DNA from: Octopus vulgaris
Taxonomy: Eukaryota
Length of the DNA stretch: 64,000 nt
NCBI GenBank assembly: GCA_951406725.2
Contig: OX597817.1
Span: 63,984,001 to 64,048,000 of the forward strand
Reading direction: 5' to 3'
Shown here: piece by piece, positions 13,805 to 27,100 of the stretch
Layout of the letters: each line of letters opens with the position of its first letter
Position numbering within the stretch: position 1 is the first letter of the stretch
The notes under the pieces: model-generated
The model's input: the letters and a program-made list of their open reading frames with translations, nothing else
Told to the model about the DNA's origin: nothing
Databases searched by the model: none
Position numbers and translations under genes: made by a program

Positions 13805-15913
13805 CTGTAACACAGCGCAAGCAAAAAGAAAATACCACATAAAACACAGAAAAATAATAAACATTTTATAAGAAAGTCAAATAATCTAAGAAACAAGATC
13901 CAGAATCTCTTTCTTTGAGTTGTTTTAATCTACCTTTAGTATTGTGTAACAGTAAATGCACCCAGACCATACTGTTTAATACTTTTGTGTTAGGGAGGTC
14001 ATCCACACCAAAAAGGAATTCATGATTGGGGACTAGAGGTAACTCTTTGGTTTCATTGAAGGTAATTTTGCTAGTTTCATTGGTCGTATGATAAAATGCA
14101 TTGTCGTTGTGTCACTTCCTTGTCTCTTTTTTATATGTATTTTCATGGACATTGTTCAGCTGAGCTCTTTTCTCTGGTTTCTCCTTCAAGAACTTATCAG
14201 CTATCAATAAGTCTTGCATCCAGTTCTCACCAGTATACTGTGCAACCTCCTAAGTGTCATAAAGCACTTTACAGTACCAGTTTCTTCCTTCGCACCACTG
14301 AACTTTGGAATTCCTTCCCCCAGTTTTGTTTTCCTCTTCTATATGACATCCAGTCTTTTAAGTCTAATGTACCTCGTCACCTATTGACTTCTTTCTAGCG
14401 TCCATTTTATTCTAGTAACTCTTACATTTTCAGTGGTCCAAGGACCTTGTAACAAGCGAATGCTTTAAAAAACAAAAAAAGTACCCAGCCTCTAAAGTGG
14501 TCTGCATCAGGAAGACTATCCAGCTGTGAAAATAATTAAGTACAACCTTGAGGTCTCTGACTCATTACAGCTGGTTACCCAGTTTCCATGGCATCTAAGC
14601 ATCTGAGATTTCAGTATTCTCCCTAAACGAGAGGCCTTGCAGCTAAGTGGATTGACGCTGTCTGCTTTTCCATGCTTGCAAGGGTTGGACAGAGTTTATT
14701 GAAGCAGATTTTCTACAAGGGGATGCCCTTCCTGTTGCCAACCCTTACCTGTTTTTAAGGAGATATTACCAGGGAAACATATTTCCCCATGGCCAGACAT
14801 GTTCTTGGAGAATATTTGAAATGATCGAGACTGCCTGAACAACAGTAACAATCATTTACAACAATCATGTGATGTTCAAGGATATATACACACACACACA
14901 CACACACAAGGAGTGTTTTGCTCAAGAACACAATGCACCACCCAGTCTGGAAAGTGAAACGATGATTTTATGATTGTGAGTGCAACACCCTAACCACTAG
15001 CTCATGCACTTTCAAAACTGTGAAAGCTTTGCCAAAAGAAAAAAAAGACAGGAAAAAAGGAAAAAAGACAGTGTAGGGAACAACTTCTCTAGTGCTGGTA
15101 GCAAAATATAATATACCCAGTCCATGCTGTACAGTGGTTGGTGTTGAAAAGGGTATTCAGCAATGGAAACCATGCCAAAATATCAACATACACAACATGA
15201 TCTATCACTGTTGCTGTGTGTGCCAGATGTTGAAAGACTGCAGCAGGCAGTGAAGTTTGAAAAGACCTGTCTGATCCATGCCAGCTTGGGAAGAAAAAAA
15301 AAATGCGGGCTGGAAAATGATATTGGTGATGCAGTTAGTTGATTCAGTAGGGAAAGAATAAGGATGAGGGACAGAAAGTAGTGAAATGATATGCTGGAGA
15401 AGATCCATTCAAAGTTATATCATCATTTAATGCTGTCTGTCCGTCTGTTCATCTTTCCTTGTCTTGAGAGATATAAATGAGTGTGATTGTCAAACAAGGT
15501 GTATCGTTTATTTCCAATATTCTGCAAGAACATGTCTGGCCATGGGGAAATATTAACGCCTTGCTTGGAAACAGGTAAGATTTGACAACAGCCATAGAAA
15601 CTCTGCTTCAATTAAACACTGTCCAACCCATACAAGCATGATGAATGGTAATGATCAGTTAATTGTTTTTGAAGTCACTTTGAAGTCACTGTCAACAGAA
15701 TTCTTGTTTCAAAATAATAAATATGAAGATGATGATGATAATGATATAATATGAAATTATATATATCATATGGCATTAGGAAGGGCATCCAACTGTACAA
15801 ACTTTGCCAGATCGAATTGGAGCCTGGTGCAGCCTTCTGGCATGCCAGTCCACAGTCAAACCATCCAATCCATGCCTACATGGAAAGCAGACATTAAACG
15901 ACAATGATAATAA

Positions 15914-15947
<34 letters not shown>

Positions 15948-18306
15948 TAGCTGGTCTACCCAGTAATTCCCGGGGGTAAAGATGTTCTATTGAAACGCCT
16001 TATTACTCTGATATAAGAAAGTAATTTCATTACAACTGCCACAAACGGTGTATTTTCCATCACGAAAGTGTACAAAAAACTGTCAGCAGGAGGAGGGAGA
16101 AATTGTTGGAGGTTGGCGAGAGAGGTTTTCGGAGGTTGGTGAGAGAGGTTATATAAATATTTGAATGAAGTGTTTGAAGAAAGTGCAATAGTAACGTTCA
16201 CACTCATTGATAGTCACTCTCAGTAACTGCCTTTAGCTTACAGAGTTCTTGTTTTTATAACTATCAAAAATCAACCAGAAGGATAGACATATTGTTGAGA
16301 ACAAATGATTTCATTGGAGCCATTGGCGTCCTAGAAGAGGTTAGAAGGGTCAAGCAGCAAAGACATTATGCTGCTTAGCGAAGGCATCTGGGAAATGTAT
16401 AACTGCTGTCATTCACAGAAAGACTATTGTTTTACTGTGAGAAATCGCTGTTAAGTGAAATTTGACATTCGAGGATCAAATCCACACTATGTTTGCATGA
16501 AGCCACTACAAATACATTGTGGAATAAAAAGTTTATCTACTGTCATGGAAAAAATGCAGAATTATCAGAGTAATGGGCATTCAAAAAAGTATGTATGTAT
16601 AGAAATGTATGAATGAAGTCTTTAATGTTTAAGATTCAAATCAAAGAAGTGCAATAATAATGTTTAGCAGTTCAAAACTATGAGTAGTGAAACGCAGAAT
16701 TAGGTCGGCTGATCGTGAGAATCAAATATTGATCGCTTCGCTAAAAACTGCAGGTGGTATGGGTTATTTCCCTTGGGTTGTTTAAATAAAATATTAGTAA
16801 TATATAGTAAATAGAAGGATCATGAGTTCTACTCACATGTCAAGTTTCATCAAAATCAATAAAATGATGTAGGAGTTAGATAACAACGCCACAAACAAAC
16901 ACACCAATTTTCCACACATGTAGTAGATATAAGATATATATATATATCTTCTCTATCTATCTATCTCTCTCTCCCTCTCTCACGTTGTCTGCCATTCCCC
17001 CCCCCTTCCATTGCTAAGAGCATTTTAAAGCCAGCCCGTCAGTTCAACCTTCGTATATTCCCGTGTCAGGCCGAAGAACGAAATGTTCCCAAGATAAGAG
17101 TCTTTCAAATCTAATGTTGTGGTTGAGCTGTTTTGTTTATTAGTTATTATTATTATTACTATTATTAGTCAACCTTCGCATTTTCCCGTGTCAGGCCGAA
17201 GAACGAAATGTTCCCAAGATAAGAGTCTTTCTAATCTAATGTTGTGGTTGAGCTGTTTTGTTTATTAGTTATTATTATTATTACTATTATTAGTACTAGT
17301 ATTGTCCCTTTGATCCCCTGGTCGACAGTTTGCTTATTATTATTATTATTATTACTATTTTCAGCTTCGCCTCGTATTGCATATTATTTCTCCATACAGG
17401 GGTTTTTTTCAATGGCGGCCCATTTTCGCGGGGTTCCACTGTTCTTCTCTATCTATCTATCTCTCTCTCTCCCTCTCTCACGTTGTCTGCCATTCCCCCC
17501 CTTCCATTGCTAAGAGCATTTTAAAGCCAGCCCGTCAGTTCAACCTTCGTCAGTTCAACCTTCGTATATTCCCGGTGCACCCGCCCTTGCCCACCCCCAC
17601 CACCAATACCGGATATCTCTATATTTTTGCTCCATCTATACCGGATGTCGCTTCTCCCACCACCATTATAGGTGTCTACTCTTCGAACCCCCTCTTCAAT
17701 ACGCTATTTCACCATGCATTACCCCTCTCTTGATATCCTACGTTCTACTTGCCTAGAACCTGTCATCATTTCTCTGAACCACCCCTCCCCACTGGTGCTC
17801 CCCTATATATTTCTGCCCCCCCCCCCCACATAATAAAAAAAAAAGCACCATCCGAACGTGGCCGATGCCAGACCCCTCTGGCACCTGTGCAGGTGGCACG
17901 TAAAAAACACCCACTACACTCGCGGAGTGGTTGGCGTTAGGAAGGGCATCCAGCTGTAGAAATACTGCCAGACTAGACTGGAGCCTGGGGCAGTCCCTAG
18001 CTCCCCAGACCCCGGTCGAAACCGTCCAACCCGTGCTAGCGCGGAAAACGGACGTTAAACGATGATGATGATGATATATATAACACATTTTTATTTGCAT
18101 ACACAGCAACCCCTGTTGCAAACTGTGAACTATAAAATAACTTTTTTCAGTTTATCGAACTTCAATATGGGAAAAATTTACAACATTCTACATCAATAAA
18201 CCACTATTGTACTTGAAAGTTGTTTTTCATACCTTCTAGAGACTGCTCAAAGCTTACTAACTTCCTACACCTTGATTCTTGGATCTTTCCTTTACATATA
18301 ATTAGA

Positions 18307-18363
<57 letters not shown>

Positions 18364-21300
18364 ATACACACACACATATATATATATGCAGATATAGGTA
18401 TATATATATATATATATATATAAACATGTGTGCTTGCACACACACACTAGATGATGAAGGCAGTTCAGTGGTTAAAAAAAAAAAGTGAAATCACACTATT
18501 ACCAGCCAGAGCTTCACAGCTGACATTTGTTTACGTAGACTGTGGTTTGCTTGATAAATATACTTTCACTACATTATGTGTTAGTGTTGCTAGTAGGAGC
18601 ACACTGTACTAACAACACTAGGAAACAAACCACAAGCTTTTGAACAGCCAGACACAATATATACATACAACAACAACAGCAACGATACCAGCAACAACAG
18701 ACAAATGTTTTCTGTTAATCATTAACAATGTTTGGTGATGACATCATTTCTTTTTGGGTCTGTCTTTGTTTGTTTAGTATTTTGTTACTATTATTGTTGT
18801 TGTTGTTTTAGTTGTTTGTTGCTGTCATTGTTGTTATGATATTAGTTTTTCTTCTTCTTTGTTCCATCTCACCACAGAACAAGGTAAGTGGAAAATCTTA
18901 CAAATTCCAATGAGAACCCTTAAAATAGCACAGATGATGTTGCAATGATGATGATGTTGTAATGATGATGATGATGATGATGATGGAAAGGTTGGTGGTG
19001 TTGTTGATTGACATCTAACAGCATTGAAAACAGTACTAATAATTCTTTCTAATTTTTGGCACAAGGCCAGCAATCTTTAGGGGAGGTGGAAGTTAATTAC
19101 ATCAACCACTCCCACTAGTGCTCAACTGGTACCTATTTTATCAATCCCAAAAGAATGGAAGGCAATGCAAACCTCAGTGGGCTTCAAATTTTGGCACAAG
19201 GCCAGCAATTTTAGAAGGGGGAGCATGTTGATTACATCAACCCCAGTACTTGACTTCAAACTTCGGCACACAACCAGCAGTTTTGAGGGGAGGGACATCA
19301 ACCACCCCCACTGGTGCTCAACTGGTACCTATTTTATCAATCCCAAAAGAACAGAAGGCAATGCAAACCTCAGTGGGCTTCAAATTTTGGCACAAGGCCA
19401 GCAATTTTAGAAGGGGGAGCATGTTGATTACATCAACCCCAGTACTTGACTGCTACTTTGATTTATCAACCCTGAAAGGATGAAAGGCAAAGGCTCTGGA
19501 AAATTCAACCTCAGCAGAATCTGAAATCCGCATGTTAAAAGCCAGAAGAAATACTGCTAAAAATTTTTGTCTGATATGCTCGCCACCTTATAATGGTTTC
19601 AAACTTCGGCACACAACCAGCAGTTTTGAAGGGAGGGGCAAGTCAGTTACTCAACTTGTACTTTATTTTATAAGCCCCAAAAGAACGAAAGGCAAATTCA
19701 ACCTCAGTGGGGTTTGAACTCAGGATGTAAAGAGCCGAAACAAATACTACAAGACTTCTTATCTGACATTCTAATGATCCTGCCAATGAGTTCCTTTTTT
19801 TTTTTTTTTCAGATGAACACATAACATAATGTAATCCTAGATACACTATGTCTGAATAAAACACAAGATGGTCATGGCTGGGATACCATTGATTATAAGA
19901 AGTTTCAAATCTGAGCTGACTTGCAGTTTATTGCTGATTTTTTTTTTTTTTAACTTCTACTTCAGTAAATATTATCCTATACTCTAAGAAGATAGAATAA
20001 ACCTAAAGCATTTCCCTTTTTTTTTTTCCAATACTTGCTAATAAAATTATATAATATTAGTTATTGAATGATTTTTCGTTACTGTATATTTATTTCTATT
20101 TAGTTCTATAATACTCATTTATTAAATATGTTAACAATAACTTGACTATTGCTTTTCAAGCAAATGGCATCTCTGAATTATTTAATGTCTAAATAAATCT
20201 TCTCTGCAGAGCTGCTGATTACAACTTAGGTACATCAAACTACTTACAGTCACATAATTGCTTCTTTTCAGTTTGATTACCCTCCTCAACCCTTTCATTA
20301 CTATATTTCTGTTGTAATATACCACCTTTGTTTCAGTTAATTTTTAAAATAATGGCAAATTTAGTGAAATAACTGTTATTATTTAACTAGTATTTGTAAA
20401 ATACTAATTTGTAAAATAAATTTGTAAAATTAATTTGTAAAATAAATTTACAAAGTTTTGATAGAAATTTTAATTTAGATCACTTTAAAACAGGAAGTTT
20501 GTATTCTAGAACCAAAGATATTCTTAGGCAGGTTGGCATTACCAAACACTGCAAGCAAACCTTTATTTCAGTTGTTGTCAAACTGTGAACTGTCGCACAC
20601 TTGCACACTTCAAAGGGTATCTAAATCTCCTGTTACACTCGTGCATGGATGACATTGCCATCATCATTTTAATGTCCATTTTACCAAGGTCACACAAAGT
20701 TTACTGAAATGGATTTTCTACAGCTGGATGCCCTTCCTGTCACCAGCACTCATCTGTTTCCAAGCAAGGCAGTATTTCTCCATGGACAGACATGTTTCCA
20801 TAGAATATTGAAAATGAATGACACTGCTTGTATGACAGTGACACTCGTTTACAACTATCACACAATGTCAAGACGAAGAAACATAAACACACAAACACAA
20901 ATGCATACACATATTTATACATATACACAGACACAACAGGCTTCTTTCACTTTCTGTCTACCAAATCCATTCATAAGCTTTTGGACATTTTTATGTCCAT
21001 TTTTTTTTTTTCCATCATGTCCTTCCTGATACTGACCCTCACCTATTTGCAAGTAAGAAACTTTATTTCATGGCTTCACATTATCACTAACTGAATATTG
21101 TCAATGCAATGACACACAGATAGACATAATCACACACAGAAATACAACACACAATTAAACAGACAGATAAAACACAAGGAATTGGCATTGCAAGCATTTC
21201 AGCCAGGTGTCTAGTTTGACAATACCTTCCTCCCTCCCTAGCACTAGTCTCAGAGGCCTTGTAACAGGACACCAGCACAACCTTTATCTTTTATCATTTT

Positions 21301-23726
21301 TAGACTGTGGCCATGCTTGGGCACTACATTGAAGGATTTTTAGACAAATGAATCAACCCCGGTACTTTTCTTTTTACTAAGCCTAGTATTTATTATATCA
21401 GTTTCTTTTGTTGAACTGCTAAGTTACAGGGATGTAAACTCACCAACACCAGCTGTCAACCAGTGATGAGGGACAAACACAGACACAAAGAGAAAGACAC
21501 ACACACATGTATACAATGGGAATTATGAGGTCTGGTCAATAAGTATCTGGATTGTTACCATAGTAATGAAGCTAAAGCATGCAGAGTGAAGCCACTTGGC
21601 AAAGATTGACCATGAACTCTGCTGTGCATATGCACTAAGTTTTAACGTTCTAGCTCACTTCCACTGTTTACAGCAGTGCTTAGAAGGAAGGTGTGTAGCA
21701 TGTGATCACTGACCATGACAAAGATGTTGTGGCAATACCTGCTCAGAGGCTTACACAAAATTGCAGAAAGTGTATGGAGAGGAGTGTATGAGTCACATAC
21801 TAGTGTACAAGTGGTTCAGACGTTTCCAAGATGGCTGAAAAAATGTCAATAGTGACAAAAATTCTGTGAGACCTGCAACCAGCAGAACTGAGAAAAACAT
21901 CGCAGATGTACATGCAGCTGTGAGGGGAAATCGTTGAATCACTATCTGAGAGTTATCAGAAGATGTACATATTAGTTACGGTTCAGTTCAGTCCAAAGTT
22001 TGGGTATGAGACGCATATCTGCCAAGTTTGTGCCAAAACTGCTTTCAGCTGACCAAAATGACACTCGGGTTTCAGTTGCACAAGATCTCCTTGATTGTGT
22101 CGAGAACAATGAAAACCTTTTGAAAACTTTGCATAGGCCTTTGAGCAGGTATCGCCAAGCTTTTGACATTTCTCTGTCATGGTCAATGTGACGATCACAC
22201 ACTACACACCTTCCTTCCAAGCACTGCTATAAACAGCTGAGCAAGAACATTAAAACTTAGTACGCATGCACAGCAGAGTTCAAGGTCAATCTATGCCAAG
22301 CAGCTTCAGTCTGCATACTTTAGTTTCATTACTATGGCAACAGTCCGGATACTTATTGATCAGACCATGTATATAGAAATTACATGCAGTGTGCAAGAGA
22401 GGAGGATGGACTGGTTTGATCATGTAATGTGGATAGATGAGGACAGTTGCATAAAGAAGCGCTGATCACTTAAAGTGGAAGGAAGTTGTGGAAGAAGAAG
22501 ACCCAGAAAGACATGGGACGAAGCTTTGAAGGCTGATCAGAAAATGCTGAATCTTACAAAGGAGATGACAGAGGACTGAGATATGTGGCACACTGCTGTA
22601 CTCAAGAAGACTCACCTACTATAACAAAATTGAGATCCTAAAACCAAGTTTCCATGTAATAGCACTGGTGCTGGTGTCACTTAAAACACACCTATGATGG
22701 AGCTACATAAAAAACACCCAGTACAGTCTGTGGAGTGGTTGGCACTAGGAAGGACATCCAGTCATAGAAACCAAACCAAAACAGACTATGGAATCTGGTG
22801 CAGCTTGGCCTCCCAGTTCCTGTTGAGCCATCGAACCCATGCCAGTATGGAAAAGACATCAGATGATGATGAATGAGCTTCTTTCAGTTTTCTTCTACCA
22901 AATCTATTCACAAAGCTGTGGTTAGCCTGAGGCTAGAGTAGAACACATATAACCCAAGGTGCCATGCAGTGGAACACAACCCAGAATCATGTGGTTTGAA
23001 AGCAAGCTTCTTACCACGTAGCCAAACATGCACTTATATGTAAAAAATATTTTAAAAGCAGGCTGTAAACATCCTGCAGGAATTACTTTTATCACAGATC
23101 TACTGAGTCAGTACTGAACTGGAGTTGAATAAAAGCAAGAAACCAGAAAGTATTCTGAATATGAAGATACTTACAGTAAATATCATACTGAACGTCCAAG
23201 GCTCAGCAGGCTTTTCAGCATGGGAGTAATAAATGAAATAAACTCTTTGGTCAGCATATTCAGGGACTTTGGCCAACTGTGGTGCTTTTTCACTCAAAGA
23301 CCATGAAACAAGAGATGCTTCTTGATGCGGCATCACAAATATGGTCATATGATCTGGACCTAGAATGAGGATAAAAAGAAACACGAAATTAGTAGGTAAA
23401 TTCATACATGATGATTATAATATACATATACATTCATACATAGATATATACATACATGAATGTACACAAATGCTCATCTATATGTATATATATATACATG
23501 CGCTCCTACATGTATGTTCACACACAACTCACATTCATACACACATATAAATATGCATGTGTATCTAAGAACTTGATGCACAATTATGCAGAGTGTATAA
23601 GTTTACTAATAACAAAAAACCTACAGAAAGCTCATCTGAGTCACAGGTCTTGTACACAGGCACACGTATACAAATAAACATACATACTGATAAATATACA
23701 TAATATAGCTATGCAAGTACTATATA

Positions 23727-23791
<65 letters not shown>

Positions 23792-24084
23792 GAGCGTGAT
23801 CATTACCAACATCGCCTTACTGGCACCTGTGCTGGTGGCATGTGTACAAAGATTCGACCGAGGTTGTTGCCAGTACTGCCTGACTGGCCCCCGTGCCGGT
23901 GGCACGTAAAAAGCACCCACTACACTCTCAGAGCAGTTGGCGTTAAGAAGGGCATCCAGCTGTAGAAACTCTGCCAAATCAAGATTGGAGCCTGGTGCAG
24001 CCATCTGGTTACGCCAGCCCTCAAAGTCGTCCAACCCAACCCATGCTAGCATGGAAAGCAGACGTTAAATGATAATGATGATGA

Positions 24085-24182
<98 letters not shown>

Positions 24183-27100
24183 TGGTTTCAGATTTTGGCA
24201 CAAAACCAGCAATTTTGGGGGGAGAAATGAGTTGATTACACTGACCCATGCTCAACGAGTTCTAATTTACATTATTTACATTTGACGGATATTTGTTCTC
24301 ATCTTGTTTGTTGTTAACACAACATTTCGACTGATATACCCTCCAGCCTTCATCAGGTGTTTTGAGGAAATTTCGAACCTGGGTTCTCATTCCTAAGGTA
24401 TTTTTCGATGTTGTTGTTGTTATTATTATTATCATTATTATTCAGGTCACTGCCTGGAATCGAACTCGGAATCTTGGGGTTAGTAACCTGCGCTCTTAAC
24501 CACTCCGCCATATACCCATGGATGAATCAAAACAGTTTTACCTATTCCATCTGCAGCTTCAAGGAAAACTATTTCTCCTATGTCAGATGTTCCTAATTTT
24601 TTGATCCTCATCTAAGCTCTCTGTATCCTCATCTATCCTCTCTGTATCCAGATTTTATATACTAAATTAATATCTACTCATTTTAACTATGCCTGAACTA
24701 TTTTTATTTGGAATTCCTCACTACATGACCATGTCTTTACAACAAGTCCTAATCCTAATCATATCAGACTTAAAATCCCTTTACTCGATACAATCATTAG
24801 AACCCAAGTTATAAACGCAATGAATACAATAATTTTACTACTGGATTTTTATTATCTTTGGAATCATCATCATCCAGTGTTTTAAATCCAGGTTCTGTTT
24901 CCGTTAACGGGGATGGCCGGATCTAACTCAATGCTATAGTAACCGCCTTCACACCTTCTTCCGATCTTTTTACTATAGCAGGTAATCTTTATATATAAAA
25001 GTGAAGTTGTGTGTCTGTCTCCTACGATTTAGATTCCTAACTACTCCCACATTTTGCGGTGCAGTTTAACCAAAACCGGGTATCTTATAGCTGTGATTCA
25101 TATCGAGCCCTTCTGAGTATTAGCGCACGTCTACGATGAGTCTACGATTTAAAAAAAAATTTACCATCATTTTTTTCCATTTTAATGCATTTTTTCGCTA
25201 TTATATAAGGGAAGTAACTCTCTAAAAATGTCTACGATGAATCAACGATTTTAAAAAAAATTTACCATCATTAATGCATTTTTTTGCTATAACTCTCTAA
25301 AAATGCTTATATAGTTATTTCCCTTACAAATCCGAGCAACGCCGGGCGATACTGCTAGTACAGAATAAGTAGACAAAAAGAGATAAAACGATAAATTAAG
25401 GGGAGATAAATTAAGAAACCCGAGTGCGTGCGTAGCGAAGGGAGACAACTTTGTTGATGACGACCGATAACATTATGAGTTGTTCCACTACTAGAAATTG
25501 CAGCTGAATTTCTTTTAAATTATTCTCTATGGCGTTAGAAAATGAACACAACTAATGTATACCAGGTTACACCATACTTAAAAAATAGGCAGATGATCAT
25601 AACTAGAATGCCTATGATCATAGATCCACTCAATTAGGACCAACTTGAGGATAAGCAATATTAACAGTTACAGTGATACGAACTATTGGAATGCCATTCA
25701 TTAGAGTCTGCTCAACTGCTGTTGCGCTAATACAGACACTATTAAGGATACCATGAAGAGAAGTGGATACATAATGTGTTGAGATTCTTTTAACCTTTTT
25801 CAGTGATAACACATACATTTCCCAGCTGAATTTGTTCAACGGTTTGATCTGTGATCAAAGAATGAGACTACAACAATTACATCCTGATAAATCCACTGCG
25901 GCCATTAAAAACCACACACACACACACCGTCATATTTTGTGCTAATATTTTGTTAGAAAGATTTCTAATTTAGACACTAAGACAGCAATTTTGAGCAGAA
26001 TGTAGACCCACTGAACTGCCCCCAGAATTTGACTATTTTATTTTATCATCCCCGAAGGCAAAGTGTATCTGAGCAGTATTCGAACCCAGAAAATAAAGAT
26101 TCAGAAAAAATGGAGTAAAGTATTAAATTATATTTAAAACTCGACGTTTCTTTTTTTTTTTTTTTTTTGATAACACAATATTCAAGGGAGATAACAGCAT
26201 GAAAGATTTATCTCCCTTTGACCCATCACTTATTTCTATACACCCAAGCGTATACAGAAACTTAACTCCATCAATTTATGCACACACATACACCTTTAAA
26301 GATTTGGTGGTTCAATATGTGTGTGGTATAAAATTTAGTCATAATTTTTTCATCTTACACTTATGGCATGAACAACTGAATGAGTAACACTTCAAACAAG
26401 AAAACTATGCCTTACTCAGTGTAAACTGGGTATACATTTATATTATCATCATCATCATTTAACATCCATTGTCCATGATGCAAGGGTTAGACGGTTTGAC
26501 AGGAGTTGGTAAACTGGATGGCTGCACCAGACTCCTATCTCATTTGGCATGGTTTTCTATGGCTGGATGCCCTCCCTAACGCCAACCACTCTGAGGGTGT
26601 AATGGATGCTTTTACATATCCTTCCTGTTGCCAACCCTCACCTACTTTTAAGTCAATATTTTCCCATGGCCAGACACATTCTTGCAGAATACTGCAAATT
26701 AATGACACTGCTTATATGACAGTGACACTCATTTACAACTATCACTTGATGTCAAGACAAGGAAACACAACCACACACACTCATATACAAGTTCTTTTAG
26801 TTTCGTTGACCAAATCCACTCACAAATCTTTGGTCAGCTCAGGACTATAGTAAGGCACTTGCCCAAGGAGCAACATAGTGGGACTGAACCAAGACCCATT
26901 TGGCTGGGTAGCAAACCTCAAACCATACAGCAATGTCTACTCCTATAAATTAAAGCAATCTTTCTTAAAAATCACTATTGTATTTTCTACTCAGTTTCAA
27001 ATATATAATTAGATGTGAGAAAGTCACTGCCCAATGGTTTCAGGTTCCGTCCCACTGCACAGCACACTGGACATGGGTTTTCTACTACAGCTCTGGACCA

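Noticed and set aside
17069-17090. gg-CCGAAGA-ac-GAAA-tgtt-cc as a hammerhead
   Set aside because: Core is altered and there is no stem II.
24446-24517. Functional tRNA gene
   Set aside because: Acceptor and anticodon stems pair poorly and it runs into a repeat body; treated as a SINE head.
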